A DNA stretch of 64,000 nt, from contig JAPLXO010000004.1 of NCBI GenBank assembly GCA_026396065.1, forward strand, positions 18,387 through 82,386, given 5' to 3'. Every line of letters begins with the position of its first letter. The stretch's first letter is position 1. This document shows positions 28,915 to 38,665 of the stretch, one piece after another. The notes below the pieces were generated by a model, which was given only the letters and a program-made list of their open reading frames with translations, was not told the origin of the DNA and searched no databases. The position numbers were made by a program, and so were the translations under genes. The stretch is from Candidatus Nomurabacteria bacterium (GTDB lineage: Bacteria; Patescibacteriota; Minisyncoccia; Phycocordibacterales; UBA9973).

Positions 28915-29247
28915 CACTTTTGCTCTTGCCTAGTGTAAAAAATAGGAGCACAATTAATGTGTAATCTTTTTCATGCCCAAAGGCTTCCTGCATGTTCCGC
29001 GAAGATATGCGGGGAGCTAATGGCTTAAAAGATTTGTTCTTTTGAACCAATTTTCTTACGAAAGTGAGAAATAAAAATATAAGGGTTAGTAGTTGATTGA
29101 TTGTGATTGTTGGGTCAAAGGCTTGCACAGTTCTCGTGCTGTGCAAGCTAATGATTCTTTTAATCATTACAAATGTTTTAGAGAAATCTAACAACTATCC
29201 GCCCAAACATAAAAATCAGCCCTACTCTTTTGTATGGCTGTTTTTTT
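28915..29247 (+). ncRNA. Candidate structured RNA of unknown family
   Basis: At least five hairpins with G-U pairs and a GAAA tetraloop, ending in a terminator; no credible ORF; strand uncertain. Confidence 0.4.
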
Positions 29248-29257
29248 GTCTACTTAA

Positions 29258-30205
29258 TTATTTTTTACTATGAAATTTCTTATGGACTTCGAGAAGTTGC
29301 TTGTCAGTCACGTGAGTATAAATTTGAGTAGTAGCGATATTGGAATGCCCTAGCATCATTTGCACACTCCGGATATCTGCACCATTTGAAAGTAAATCAG
29401 TGGCGAAGCAGTGCCTCACCACGTGCGGGGTAACTTTTTTTGAAATACCAGCCATCGTGGCATATTGTTTTACAATTCTTTCTATCGATCGGCGAGTGAG
29501 AGCTTTCGTATCGAAAACATCATCACCATTTTTATTTTTTGTTTTTTGTGTCACTTCTTTGCCGACTTGGATAAACAAAGCTTCACTCATATCTTTTCTT
29601 TTTGCTAAATACGCCTTCACTGCATTTCGTGCATCTTCGGAAATAAAAACCACCCGAACCTTTCCACCTTTTCCACGAATAGAATATTCATCTACACTCA
29701 AATCCAAATCACTAGTGAGAGAGCAAAGTTCTGACACACGAAGACCCGTAGAAAAAAGTAATTCGAGAATTGCTTTATCACGGAGAGATTTCAAATCATT
29801 ATCTTTCGGCGCATTTAATAATCTAGTAAGTTCAGCGGGGGAAATGAGGTCGAGGGATCGCTCTTGAACTTTGGCGAGCTCTATCTTGTCAGCATGGAGG
29901 GATGTGATATCTCTCTTTGCTAAGAATTTTAAAAATACACGAAGTGCTATCAAATAATAATTCTGAGTTTTTTTAGATAAAGTTTTTCCTGTCGCTCTAT
30001 TATTACCAGTAGACTGTCTATTCAGCCAGAGACGAAATTCACGAACAACTTGGTCGGTAATTTCTTTCGCATTTTGTATCTTTGTATATTCAAAAAACCG
30101 AGTGAGGTAGTGCCCATAATTTTCGACAGTTTTAATACTGGAACCTTTTTCAATTTCCAAATATTCTAAAAATTGTCTTTTTAAGTTTTCTATCTCGGAT
30201 GCCAT
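29258..30205 (-). CDS. XerC/XerD-type tyrosine recombinase
   Basis: SAM-like N-domain; TGLRVSEL, GKGGKVR, HVVRHCFAT, LGH, TTQIYTH. Confidence 0.93.
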   Translation of the reverse strand: MASEIENLKRQFLEYLEIEKGSSIKTVENYGHYLTRFFEYTKIQNAKEITDQVVREFRLWLNRQSTGNNRATGKTLSKKTQNYYLIALRVFLKFLAKRDITSLHADKIELAKVQERSLDLISPAELTRLLNAPKDNDLKSLRDKAILELLFSTGLRVSELCSLTSDLDLSVDEYSIRGKGGKVRVVFISEDARNAVKAYLAKRKDMSEALFIQVGKEVTQKTKNKNGDDVFDTKALTRRSIERIVKQYATMAGISKKVTPHVVRHCFATDLLSNGADIRSVQMMLGHSNIATTQIYTHVTDKQLLEVHKKFHSKK

Positions 30206-30329
30206 ATATATAGTATATCAAAATTAACCAAAATATTGTGCGACATAGATAGGTTGACTTACTCTATATATAGATGTAAATTACAAATACAATTCTTTAA
30301 CAAATATAAACCCCTTAAACTAATTAATT

Positions 30330-31049
30330 ATGAAAAGTTTAATAACCTTTTACCGATTCTCATTAGTAATGGGTGTCGTTTTATTTATTGCTTTACCAAT
30401 CACAATTCAGCATATGTTGGTAGACAATGGCCGAATGCTCGGCAAAGAATTTGCATTCATTTGCAAAAAACTTCTGTGGGCATTTGGTGGTGAGTTAACT
30501 ATTGATGGAAAATTTCCTAAAAATAGTGAGAAAATGGTTGTGATGATAAATCACACATCAAGACTCGATATTATTTTAACGACAATTTACTTCAACGGTG
30601 AACTTGGAATACCTGTAGTCGCCAAAAAATTATTTTGGATACCAATCCTTCGGTTTTGGTTAAAAAGAAACAATGCTATTGGTGTAAACAGAAAAGACCC
30701 ACGTGATTGGGTTAGAGTTTACAAAGAAATGGAAAAAGTTTTGCAAGAAGGGAAATATCATCTTTTCATTTGTCCTGAAGGGGAAAGAAGCCTTACAAGA
30801 GAAATGCTTCCTTTTAAATTGGCGATATTTAAGTTAGTAGCCAAACACAACAAGACTATTCTTCCAGTTTCTGTAATCGGTGCTTTTGAAGTAAGTAGCA
30901 AAAAAGACCTGTTCATTGTACCTGGACCAATTTTTATGGTAAACAAAGAAATCATAAAAGTAAAAGATAGGACAAAAGAAGAATTAGCAAAAGTAACAAA
31001 GGAGGAGATTCAATATCAAATTGATCTCTGTAGAAGGAATTATTTTTGA
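30330..31049 (+). CDS. plsC: 1-acyl-sn-glycerol-3-phosphate acyltransferase family
   Basis: NHTSRLD (HX4D), PEGERS. Confidence 0.85.
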   Translation: MKSLITFYRFSLVMGVVLFIALPITIQHMLVDNGRMLGKEFAFICKKLLWAFGGELTIDGKFPKNSEKMVVMINHTSRLDIILTTIYFNGELGIPVVAKKLFWIPILRFWLKRNNAIGVNRKDPRDWVRVYKEMEKVLQEGKYHLFICPEGERSLTREMLPFKLAIFKLVAKHNKTILPVSVIGAFEVSSKKDLFIVPGPIFMVNKEIIKVKDRTKEELAKVTKEEIQYQIDLCRRNYF

Positions 31050-31140
31050 AAACTACCCCGCCAAAAACGGGGTATTTTCTTTTTTATAGATAAAAACCTC
31101 AAACTTGCAAAAGTTCAGAGCTTATGCTAGTATGAAAAAC

Positions 31141-31404
31141 ATGTTAGCAACAAAGAAAAAACAAACAGTTATCAAAAAGCACCAAAAACACGATAAAGAT
31201 ACGGGTTCTTCCCAAGTCCAAATCGCTATTTTATCTACACAAATAGACGAATTAGCAAAGCACCTGAAGAAGCACAAAAAAGACAATCATTCTCGCCGTG
31301 GACTTATCAAGATGGTTGCCGATCGCCGAACACACCTGAAATACCTACAACGAAAAGACAAGGCTGCGTACGACTCAATAATGAAAAAAATGGAATTAGC
31401 TTAA
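31141..31404 (+). CDS. rpsO: 30S ribosomal protein S15
   Basis: DTGSSQVQIA, HKKDNHSRRGL. Confidence 0.97.
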   Translation: MLATKKKQTVIKKHQKHDKDTGSSQVQIAILSTQIDELAKHLKKHKKDNHSRRGLIKMVADRRTHLKYLQRKDKAAYDSIMKKMELA

Positions 31405-31469
31405 ACTTCAAAATCCCCATTAGGGGATTTTGTTTTTTACGGCAAGAAAATAGTATATAATTAAAACAT

Positions 31470-31985
31470 ATGGCAATAATAAAACACAAAGAACAACGCG
31501 TCGCAGTATTTATCGATACACAAAATGTCTATCATAGTGCCCGCAACCTCTATCACGCTCGCGTGAACTTCGGAAATATTTTGAAAGACGTAGTAGCAGG
31601 ACGCAAACTCGTGCGTGCGGTAGCATACGTCATCACGACCGAAGCAGGGGATGAAAATAAATTTTTCGAAGCATTAAATAAAATCGGAATTGAAACTAAA
31701 ACAAAAGATTTACAAATCTTTGCTGGTGGTGCAAAAAAAGCAGATTGGGATGTCGGCCTCGCCATGGATGTGATCAAAATGGCGCCAAAGCTCGATGCAG
31801 TCGTCATTGTTTCTGGTGATGGGGATTTTATTCCACTCGTAGAATATTTACAAACTATCGGTGTGCAAGTCGAAGTCGCTTCATTCGGAAAATCAACTTC
31901 AGGAAAATTAAAAGAAGTCGTTGACGAATTCGTCGACCTATCTGTTAATCCTAGAAAGTATTTGATTGGGGGTGGAGGGAAATAG
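31470..31985 (+). CDS. NYN domain protein (LabA/DUF88)
   Basis: FIDTQN, KADWDV, SGDGDF. Confidence 0.92.
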   Translation: MAIIKHKEQRVAVFIDTQNVYHSARNLYHARVNFGNILKDVVAGRKLVRAVAYVITTEAGDENKFFEALNKIGIETKTKDLQIFAGGAKKADWDVGLAMDVIKMAPKLDAVVIVSGDGDFIPLVEYLQTIGVQVEVASFGKSTSGKLKEVVDEFVDLSVNPRKYLIGGGGK

Positions 31986-31992
31986 AATTTAA

Positions 31993-32114
31993 ATACAACC
32001 CCCTAGCCCCCTTATCAGGGGGAACAAAATACAGAATACAATTTTTTAATACAACCCTAAATCCCTTATCAGGGACTTTAATACAAATACAACCCCAACC
32101 CCTTGTCAGGGGCT
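31993..32114 (+). repeat. Three tandem degenerate palindromic repeats upstream of DUF559
   Basis: ATACAACCC-N5-7-CCC(C)TT(A/G)TCAGGG x3. Confidence 0.85.
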
Positions 32115-32124
32115 AAACTCAAAA

Positions 32125-32496
32125 ATGCAAAAGTATAAATTTCTTCCGTATAACAAGGAATTAATATTGAGAGCAAAAGAACTTCGTAAAAAACAAACAG
32201 AAGCTGAAATAAAATTCTGGAATAAAATTTTAAAAAGTGAAAAATTAAAGAATTTTAAATTTACAACACAGAAACCAATTGATAACTTTATTGTAGATTT
32301 TTATTGTTCAAGTCTAAAACTCATTATAGAAATAGATGGAGATATTCATAAGTTTCAAAAAGCTCGAGACAAGGAACGCGATAATATTTTAAAACAAAAA
32401 TTTGGATTGAAAATTTTAAGATATACGAATGATGAGATTTTGAATAATTCTGAATTTGTTTTGGAAGATTTGGTGAAGAGGATAAATACAAATTAA
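32125..32496 (+). CDS. DUF559 (Vsr-like) endonuclease
   Basis: RAKELRK.QTEAE..W, Q.PI..FIVDFYC, IEIDG..H, D.ERD. Confidence 0.92.
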   Translation: MQKYKFLPYNKELILRAKELRKKQTEAEIKFWNKILKSEKLKNFKFTTQKPIDNFIVDFYCSSLKLIIEIDGDIHKFQKARDKERDNILKQKFGLKILRYTNDEILNNSEFVLEDLVKRINTN

Positions 32497-32497
32497 G

Positions 32498-32619
32498 ATA
32501 CAACCCATCCCTAACCCTTCCCTTATCAAGGAAGGGAAACCTTCGTTCAATTAAGTAAATAAATTACTAAACTTTATTAGCAAGAAAAGTCCCCTGATAA
32601 GGGGATTTAGGGGTTGTGT
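32498..32619. repeat. Two repeats downstream of DUF559 (one inverted)
   Basis: ATACAACCC..CCCTTCCCTTATCAAGGAAGGG and CCCCTGATAAGGGGATTTAGGGGTTGTGT. Confidence 0.85.
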
Positions 32620-32784
32620 TTTGTATTCCTATTTGACAAAACTTCTTTAAATAAGTTATTATATAAATAATCTAGTTATTTGAAAAATTTGTTAAATTAT
32701 AGTTATTGGGTTTTCTTTGCTTATTTTATAGTAAGTTAAGATGACCTAATAAAAATAATTACTAACAACTAAATAAAAAATAAA

Positions 32785-33348
32785 ATGACAATACTAAACG
32801 GCCCTACAGATTTTGAAAATATTTCAAAAAAAGATTTGTTAAAAAGAATTCAAAACAGAAAAGATCCAATAAATTTTGAAAAGGTAGATTTTAAAAGAGA
32901 CAAAAAGACTAATAGGCAAATACTTCAATTATTTCATCAATTTATTAACTCTCCTGGCTTGCATGAAATTTTACTTTGGTATAAAAGTCAAAGTGCTTTA
33001 CTTGCTATATATAAAGATATCAACAAAGGTGTATTAAAATTTTATGGATGCAACAGACACATAGAACACCACGACAGTAATATAGAATATATTATTAAAT
33101 GGTTTTTACACAGAATACTTTACGACAATGGTAAGAATAAAGAATTAGTTGATAGATATACATTGGCACTTTGTGCTATTGGTCCCATACCTCTTATTAG
33201 CAGAGAAGAGAGAGGAAATATTTACCAGGGACACGAAATTAACTATTATTGTAATGTAGCGACTTTTAAAGTTTCTATTTCCAATGAACAAATATTTTTA
33301 GCAAGAAATATTTTAAGGTTGATTAACAACAAAGAACTTTTAAACTAA
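32785..33348 (+). CDS. Hypothetical protein
   Basis: 187 aa; promoter 32633, boxA-like 32675, hairpin ~32689-32769, terminator ~33364-33400. Confidence 0.7.
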   Translation: MTILNGPTDFENISKKDLLKRIQNRKDPINFEKVDFKRDKKTNRQILQLFHQFINSPGLHEILLWYKSQSALLAIYKDINKGVLKFYGCNRHIEHHDSNIEYIIKWFLHRILYDNGKNKELVDRYTLALCAIGPIPLISREERGNIYQGHEINYYCNVATFKVSISNEQIFLARNILRLINNKELLN

Positions 33349-33450
33349 ATGCTATTTTATTTTAAAAACCTCGCTTCATTTATAATGAGACGAGGTTTTT
33401 ACTTTTTAACCCCAAAATGCTAGTATAATCAATATATTTAACAGTTAATC

Positions 33451-33549
33451 AGTTTGTCTTCAAACACACAGTAATGTTCACCAAAAGTCGATTAACGCCA
33501 TTCGACTACACTCATGGTAAAGAACAATACTTTAGTTTGGAGATAAACT
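33451..33549 (+). promoter_or_regulatory. pnp 5' leader stem-loop (putative RNase III/autoregulation site)
   Basis: AGTTTGTCTTCAAAC pairs with GTTTGGAGATAAACT; nested AGTCGA/TCGACT. Confidence 0.6.
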
Positions 33550-33612
33550 AAACTTTTTCTTTCCCTCTCTAAATCTTTGATTTGGGGAGGGTCAGGGAGG
33601 GGTAAATAAAAT

Positions 33613-35733
33613 ATGCAAAAAAAAGAGTACGAAGTAGAAATCGGTGGAAAAATTATGACCGCTATTTTTTCAGATCTAGCTGACCAAGCACACGGTAGTG
33701 TGATGTTGAAATACGGCGAGACTATAGTATTAGCGACAGCTTGTATGAGCAAAGACAAGCAAGCAGGTTTAGGATTTTTTAATCTCACAGTTGATTACGC
33801 AGAAAAATTTTATGCGACAGGAAAAATCCTCGGATCACAATATGTTCGTCGTGAAGGTAAACCATCAAATGAAGCGATCCTCGCATCTCGTGTTATCGAC
33901 AGAACTATCCGTCCACTCTTCGATCAAAATCTTCGTCATGCAGTGCAAGTGATTGTCACTGTTATTGCTTGTGATGACAATGATCCAGCGATGCTAGCTG
34001 TGAATGCTGCATCACTCGCACTCGTCGTTTCAAATATTCCATGGAAGGGACCGATTGGTTGTGTGAGAATTGGAAAGTATGATGACGATAATTTAGTAGT
34101 GAATGCTTCAACTACAAAAAGACAAGAAGAGTATCCTTACAAATTTGACCTAACAGTTTGTGGAAGAGAGGGAACAATAAATATGATCGAGGCTGCAGCT
34201 CGCCAAGCAAGAGAAGAAGAGCTGACACTCGCATTAGAAACAGCAAGTAAAGAAGTTACAAAATTAGAAGATTTCCAAAAGAAGATCCAAGCTGAAATCG
34301 GAAAAACAAAAAGAGAAATAATTCACGACAAAATTAGTGAAGAGTCTGTCACATTATTCAAAGAAAATATTTTACCAAAAATGGAAGCTGCTATTTTCGC
34401 AGGGGCAGGGAAAGCAAAGATTGATGAATTGCATTCTATCTGGAACGAACTAGTAAAAGAAAAATACGCCGGCAGTGATAGAAAAGATTTTCAACTCGAG
34501 GATGATATTTTTGATGAGACAGAAAATGATATGCTTCACGAAAAAGCAATCAAAGAAAATCGCCGTGCCGATGGTCGCGCAATGGATGAAGTGCGTGAGC
34601 TCTATGCACAAGCCGGAGGACTTTCAAAAATTTTACACGGCTCAGGAATATTTTATCGTGGAGGTACACATGTGCTTTCTGCACTCACACTCGGTGGCCC
34701 AGATGACAAGCAAGAAGTGAATGGAATGGATTTGCAAGCATCACGCCGATTTATGCATCACTACAATTTTCCTCCTTTCTCTGCCGGAGAACCTGGAAGA
34801 AGTGGTTTCACAAATCGTCGCGAAGTAGGACACGGAGCACTAGCAGAAAAAGCATTGATGATGGTCTTACCAGAAAAAGAAATTTTCCCTTACACTATTC
34901 GTATTGTTTCTGAATCGACTGCATCAAACGGTTCTACTTCTCAAGCAAGTATTTGTGCGTCGACTCTCGCACTCATGGATGCTGGTGTACCAATAAAAAA
35001 TCCAGTCGCTGGAATCGCGATGGGACTGATGTATGAAAATGACAATGCTTACAAAATTTTGACAGATATCCAAGGTCCAGAAGATCACCACGGTGATATG
35101 GATTTCAAAGTCGCAGGAACACGCGAAGGAATCACAGCGATACAGCTCGATGTGAAAGTCGATGGTGTCTCAATAAAAATTCTTTCTGAAGCAATGGCGC
35201 AAAGTAAAAAAGCTCGGCTCACAATTCTCGATACTATTGAAAAAGAAATTGCGAAACCTCGTGATCATATTTCTCCAAATGCTCCGGAAATTTTGATAAT
35301 TAAAATTAGACCTGACCAAATCGGTGGAGTCATCGGTTCTGGTGGAAAAATAATTAAAGATATTAAAGAGAGAAGTGGCGCTGAGGTAACTATTGAAGAT
35401 GATGGAACCGTATATTTCACTGGTCGTGATGGCTCTGCAGGAAAAGCTAAAAAGATTGTCGAGGAAATGACACACGAATTTAAAGTAGGAGAAATCTTAC
35501 AAGGTGAAGTAGTAAAAATTGCAGACTTCGGTGCATTCGTAAGATTAAATGATTTCACAGACGGAATGGTTCACATTTCTGAAATTGCACCTTTCCGTGT
35601 AGAACGTGTAGCTGATATAATAAAAGAAGGTATGATCGTGCCAGTAAAAGTAATCGGCATCGATCCTGTCCGTGGAAAAACTTCTCTATCTATAAAAGAA
35701 GCTGATCCTACATTCTTTAAACCAAAAGTTTAA
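33613..35733 (+). CDS. pnp: Polyribonucleotide nucleotidyltransferase
   Basis: Two RNase PH domains, HHYNFPP, SNGSTS, GDMDFKVAG, KH and S1. Confidence 0.98.
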   Translation: MQKKEYEVEIGGKIMTAIFSDLADQAHGSVMLKYGETIVLATACMSKDKQAGLGFFNLTVDYAEKFYATGKILGSQYVRREGKPSNEAILASRVIDRTIRPLFDQNLRHAVQVIVTVIACDDNDPAMLAVNAASLALVVSNIPWKGPIGCVRIGKYDDDNLVVNASTTKRQEEYPYKFDLTVCGREGTINMIEAAARQAREEELTLALETASKEVTKLEDFQKKIQAEIGKTKREIIHDKISEESVTLFKENILPKMEAAIFAGAGKAKIDELHSIWNELVKEKYAGSDRKDFQLEDDIFDETENDMLHEKAIKENRRADGRAMDEVRELYAQAGGLSKILHGSGIFYRGGTHVLSALTLGGPDDKQEVNGMDLQASRRFMHHYNFPPFSAGEPGRSGFTNRREVGHGALAEKALMMVLPEKEIFPYTIRIVSESTASNGSTSQASICASTLALMDAGVPIKNPVAGIAMGLMYENDNAYKILTDIQGPEDHHGDMDFKVAGTREGITAIQLDVKVDGVSIKILSEAMAQSKKARLTILDTIEKEIAKPRDHISPNAPEILIIKIRPDQIGGVIGSGGKIIKDIKERSGAEVTIEDDGTVYFTGRDGSAGKAKKIVEEMTHEFKVGEILQGEVVKIADFGAFVRLNDFTDGMVHISEIAPFRVERVADIIKEGMIVPVKVIGIDPVRGKTSLSIKEADPTFFKPKV

Positions 35734-35737
35734 CAAC

Positions 35738-36628
35738 ATGGAAAACGAAAAAGAAATTCCAAAATCAAGTCCATCTACAGAAATAGAAGCTCCTCAAAAA
35801 AGTGGAGTTACTAGAACATATGCGGAAGATTTAGCATATGCTATGGACCATGTAGAAGGTGATTTAATTAAAAAAATAATTAAAGAACAAGAACAAATAG
35901 GTGAAGAGCAAGAAAATCTTTCCCCTCAATCTAAAAAAAATAAAGTTCTAATGATAGTAAGCGGTGTTTTAATTCTATCTGCTGTAGTTTTATTTTTTCT
36001 ATTAGCAAATTTTGGTGCTAAGATTTTTACTATCACACTAAAAACACAATCTACACCATTAATTTTTGCTGATAAAAGCCAATTTCTACCAGTAGACGGA
36101 CTTTCAAAAGATGAAATCATTCAAAAAATAAAAAGTGGAGTATCAAACACAATTGTAAAAAATGGTGGTATTGAAGCAATATACTTAACAGAAGGACAAC
36201 AAATAGTAGGACTAAAAAGGTTTATAAAACTTATCAAGGCAAACGTTCCACTTGAAATGAGCGACTATACTACAGAAAATTTTATGATTGGAGCTTTCAA
36301 TGGTAATACAAAAGATTTATTTATTTTAATAAAAGTAAATTCATTTACAGATGTTTTCCCTGGAATAAAAGCTTGGGAAAATAAAATGTTTAGTGATATT
36401 GGTGACCTTTTTGGAACTCCTACAAATATTGATACAAATTATTTACTAACAAAAGATTTTGAGGATGAAGTCGTAGGAAACAAAAATGCCAGAGTCTTAA
36501 ATACAAATGATGGTAAACCAGTATTAAAATATGTTTTTGCAAACGACACATCTGTAATAGTGATCGCAAATGATGAAGCCGTGAATGAAATCATGCTGCG
36601 ACTCTCTGCAGGACAAATTAGAAAATAA
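35738..36628 (+). CDS. Hypothetical single-pass membrane protein
   Basis: 296 aa, TM at ~70-92. Confidence 0.8.
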   Translation: MENEKEIPKSSPSTEIEAPQKSGVTRTYAEDLAYAMDHVEGDLIKKIIKEQEQIGEEQENLSPQSKKNKVLMIVSGVLILSAVVLFFLLANFGAKIFTITLKTQSTPLIFADKSQFLPVDGLSKDEIIQKIKSGVSNTIVKNGGIEAIYLTEGQQIVGLKRFIKLIKANVPLEMSDYTTENFMIGAFNGNTKDLFILIKVNSFTDVFPGIKAWENKMFSDIGDLFGTPTNIDTNYLLTKDFEDEVVGNKNARVLNTNDGKPVLKYVFANDTSVIVIANDEAVNEIMLRLSAGQIRK

Positions 36629-36663
36629 TTTGCGAAAAAAAACTGAAATGCTATCATGTTGAT

Positions 36664-37023
36664 ATGCCATTAAATAAACAAAAAATTAAAGAGAAGCTAG
36701 AAAAAGAAAGGGATTTACTCGTTGAAGAAATGAAGGATATGGGCAAATTAAACCCAGAGACAGGTGAGTGGGAAGCACAGCCAGAAGCACAAGATTTTCC
36801 AGAATCCGACCAAAATGACCAAGCTGATAGATTTGAAGATTTTGAAAGTAGAAGCTCTATGATTAAAGATTTATCAAACAGACTAAACAATATCTTATTT
36901 GCACTTAAAAATATAAACAAAGCATCATTCGGAAGGTGCGAAGTTTGTGGAAAAGATATCGAACTAGCCCGAATGGAAGCAAACCCAGCAGCAAAGACTT
37001 GTAAGAAGCATTTAGAAAGTTAA
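36664..37023 (+). CDS. DksA/TraR C4-type Zn finger protein
   Basis: D..DQAD coiled-coil tip; GRCEVCG.DI...RMEANP.A.TC..H. Confidence 0.9.
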   Translation: MPLNKQKIKEKLEKERDLLVEEMKDMGKLNPETGEWEAQPEAQDFPESDQNDQADRFEDFESRSSMIKDLSNRLNNILFALKNINKASFGRCEVCGKDIELARMEANPAAKTCKKHLES

Positions 37024-37093
37024 GAAATAAAAATACCCATAACTGGGTATTTTTATTTTACTTTAAATAACATATTGCTATAATTTAAATTAT

Positions 37094-38665
37094 ATGAGTT
37101 TCGCAAAAGTTTATTCTGCACAAATAAATTTACTCTCTGGAAATATCGTTACCATCGAAGTCGACCTTTCTCGCGGTTTGAATGCTTTCACTATTGTCGG
37201 CCTTCCAGACAAAGCCGTGGATGAAAGTCGTGACCGCGTCGGAAGCGCTTTAAAAAATTCTGGTTATGAATCACCAAAAAGTAAAAATCAGAAAACTATT
37301 GTTTCTCTAGCACCAGCCGATTTAAAAAAAGAAGGACCGTATTTTGACCTAGGTATTGCTGTGGCATATTTACTAGCGACAAATGAAATAAAATTTAATC
37401 CGGAAAATAAAATTTTCCTTGGTGAGCTATCACTCAATGGGGATTTGAAAAGTATTCGTGGAGTTTTACCACTGGTCCAAGAAGCCAAGAAGCAAGGTTT
37501 TGAAGAAATTTACCTACCAACAGAAAATGCTCTCGAGGCAGCACTCGTAGATGGAATAAAAATCTTCGGTGCGAATAATTTAAAACAGGTGATTGATCAT
37601 ATTGATGAAAGTAAAATTCAATTAGAAGAAGACGACGATGAAATTAGAAAAACAAAAAAGAAAATAAATGTTCAACCAAAAACAGAAATAATTTTTGAAA
37701 AGATAATTACTAATGCAGACTTTTCAGATATACGCGGACAAGAAGGTGCAAAGAGAGGATTGGAAATTGCAGCTGCAGGTGGACACAACATAGCTATGTC
37801 AGGCCCGCCCGGTACAGGAAAGACAATGCTAGCGCGAGCATTTAGTGGCCTTCTTCCTGATCTCAGTATTGATGAAGTTTTAGAAATTACAGGAATACAT
37901 TCCATTGTAGGAGCAAACGGTGGAGAGCTTGTAAAAAATGCACCATTTCGTGCACCACATCACACTTCATCTTATGTTTCACTCATCGGGGGAGGAACAT
38001 TTCCAAAACCAGGTGAAGTTACTCTCGCACATCGTGGAGTTTTATTCCTTGATGAATTTCCAGAATTTGATAAAAGAGTAATGGAAAGTTTGCGTCAGCC
38101 ACTCGAAGATAATATAGTCACAATTTCTCGCGCCAAAGGTACAGCTGTTTTTCCATCCAATTTTATTTTAGTCGCAGCCATGAATCCTTGCCCATGTGGC
38201 AACCAAGGCAACAAACAAAAAGCCTGTATCTGCAAACAAAATGATTTAGATAGATATAAAAGAAAACTTTCAGGCCCAATTATGGATCGCATAGATTTAT
38301 GGATCACTGTCAGTAATATAGATTACAAAAAACTCGGCGAAGAAGGTACTGGAGAAAAAAGTAATACTATTCGTGAAAGAGTAGAGAGTGCTAGAAAAAT
38401 TCAAAAAGAGAGATTTGCAAAAGCTGGCAGAAAAATAAATTCAAATAGTGAAATGAATGTGAAAGATTTAACATCGCTTATTAAACTTTCAGACGAAGTA
38501 AGAAAAATTTTGGAAGATAGCTCAGAACGTCTCGCGCTATCTGCTCGTGCTTATCATCGTGTCATAAAAATAGCCCGCACGATCGCAGACTTGGAAAATT
38601 CTATTGAGATTGAGAAGAATCATATTTTAGAAGCGATACAATATCGCCCTAAAGTTCAAAACTAA
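37094..38665 (+). CDS. comM: ComM/YifB Mg-chelatase-like AAA+ helicase
   Basis: VGLPD..V.ESRDRV, GPPGTGKT, PFRAPHH, LDEFPEF, AMNPCPCG. Confidence 0.95.
   Translation: MSFAKVYSAQINLLSGNIVTIEVDLSRGLNAFTIVGLPDKAVDESRDRVGSALKNSGYESPKSKNQKTIVSLAPADLKKEGPYFDLGIAVAYLLATNEIKFNPENKIFLGELSLNGDLKSIRGVLPLVQEAKKQGFEEIYLPTENALEAALVDGIKIFGANNLKQVIDHIDESKIQLEEDDDEIRKTKKKINVQPKTEIIFEKIITNADFSDIRGQEGAKRGLEIAAAGGHNIAMSGPPGTGKTMLARAFSGLLPDLSIDEVLEITGIHSIVGANGGELVKNAPFRAPHHTSSYVSLIGGGTFPKPGEVTLAHRGVLFLDEFPEFDKRVMESLRQPLEDNIVTISRAKGTAVFPSNFILVAAMNPCPCGNQGNKQKACICKQNDLDRYKRKLSGPIMDRIDLWITVSNIDYKKLGEEGTGEKSNTIRERVESARKIQKERFAKAGRKINSNSEMNVKDLTSLIKLSDEVRKILEDSSERLALSARAYHRVIKIARTIADLENSIEIEKNHILEAIQYRPKVQN

Noticed and set aside
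28910-29194. 94-aa minus-strand ORF
   Set aside because: Weak start, no recognisable features, overlaps dense RNA-like structure
29258-30205. Tyrosine recombinase as an integron integrase with leader hairpins as attC sites
   Set aside because: Looks like plain XerC/D with no IntI-specific insertion evident; the hairpins are 5' of the ORFs and lack consistent RYYYAAC/GTTRRRY ends
31993-32114. Tandem repeats as a CRISPR array
   Set aside because: Only three degenerate units, irregular short spacers, inverted copy downstream, no cas genes
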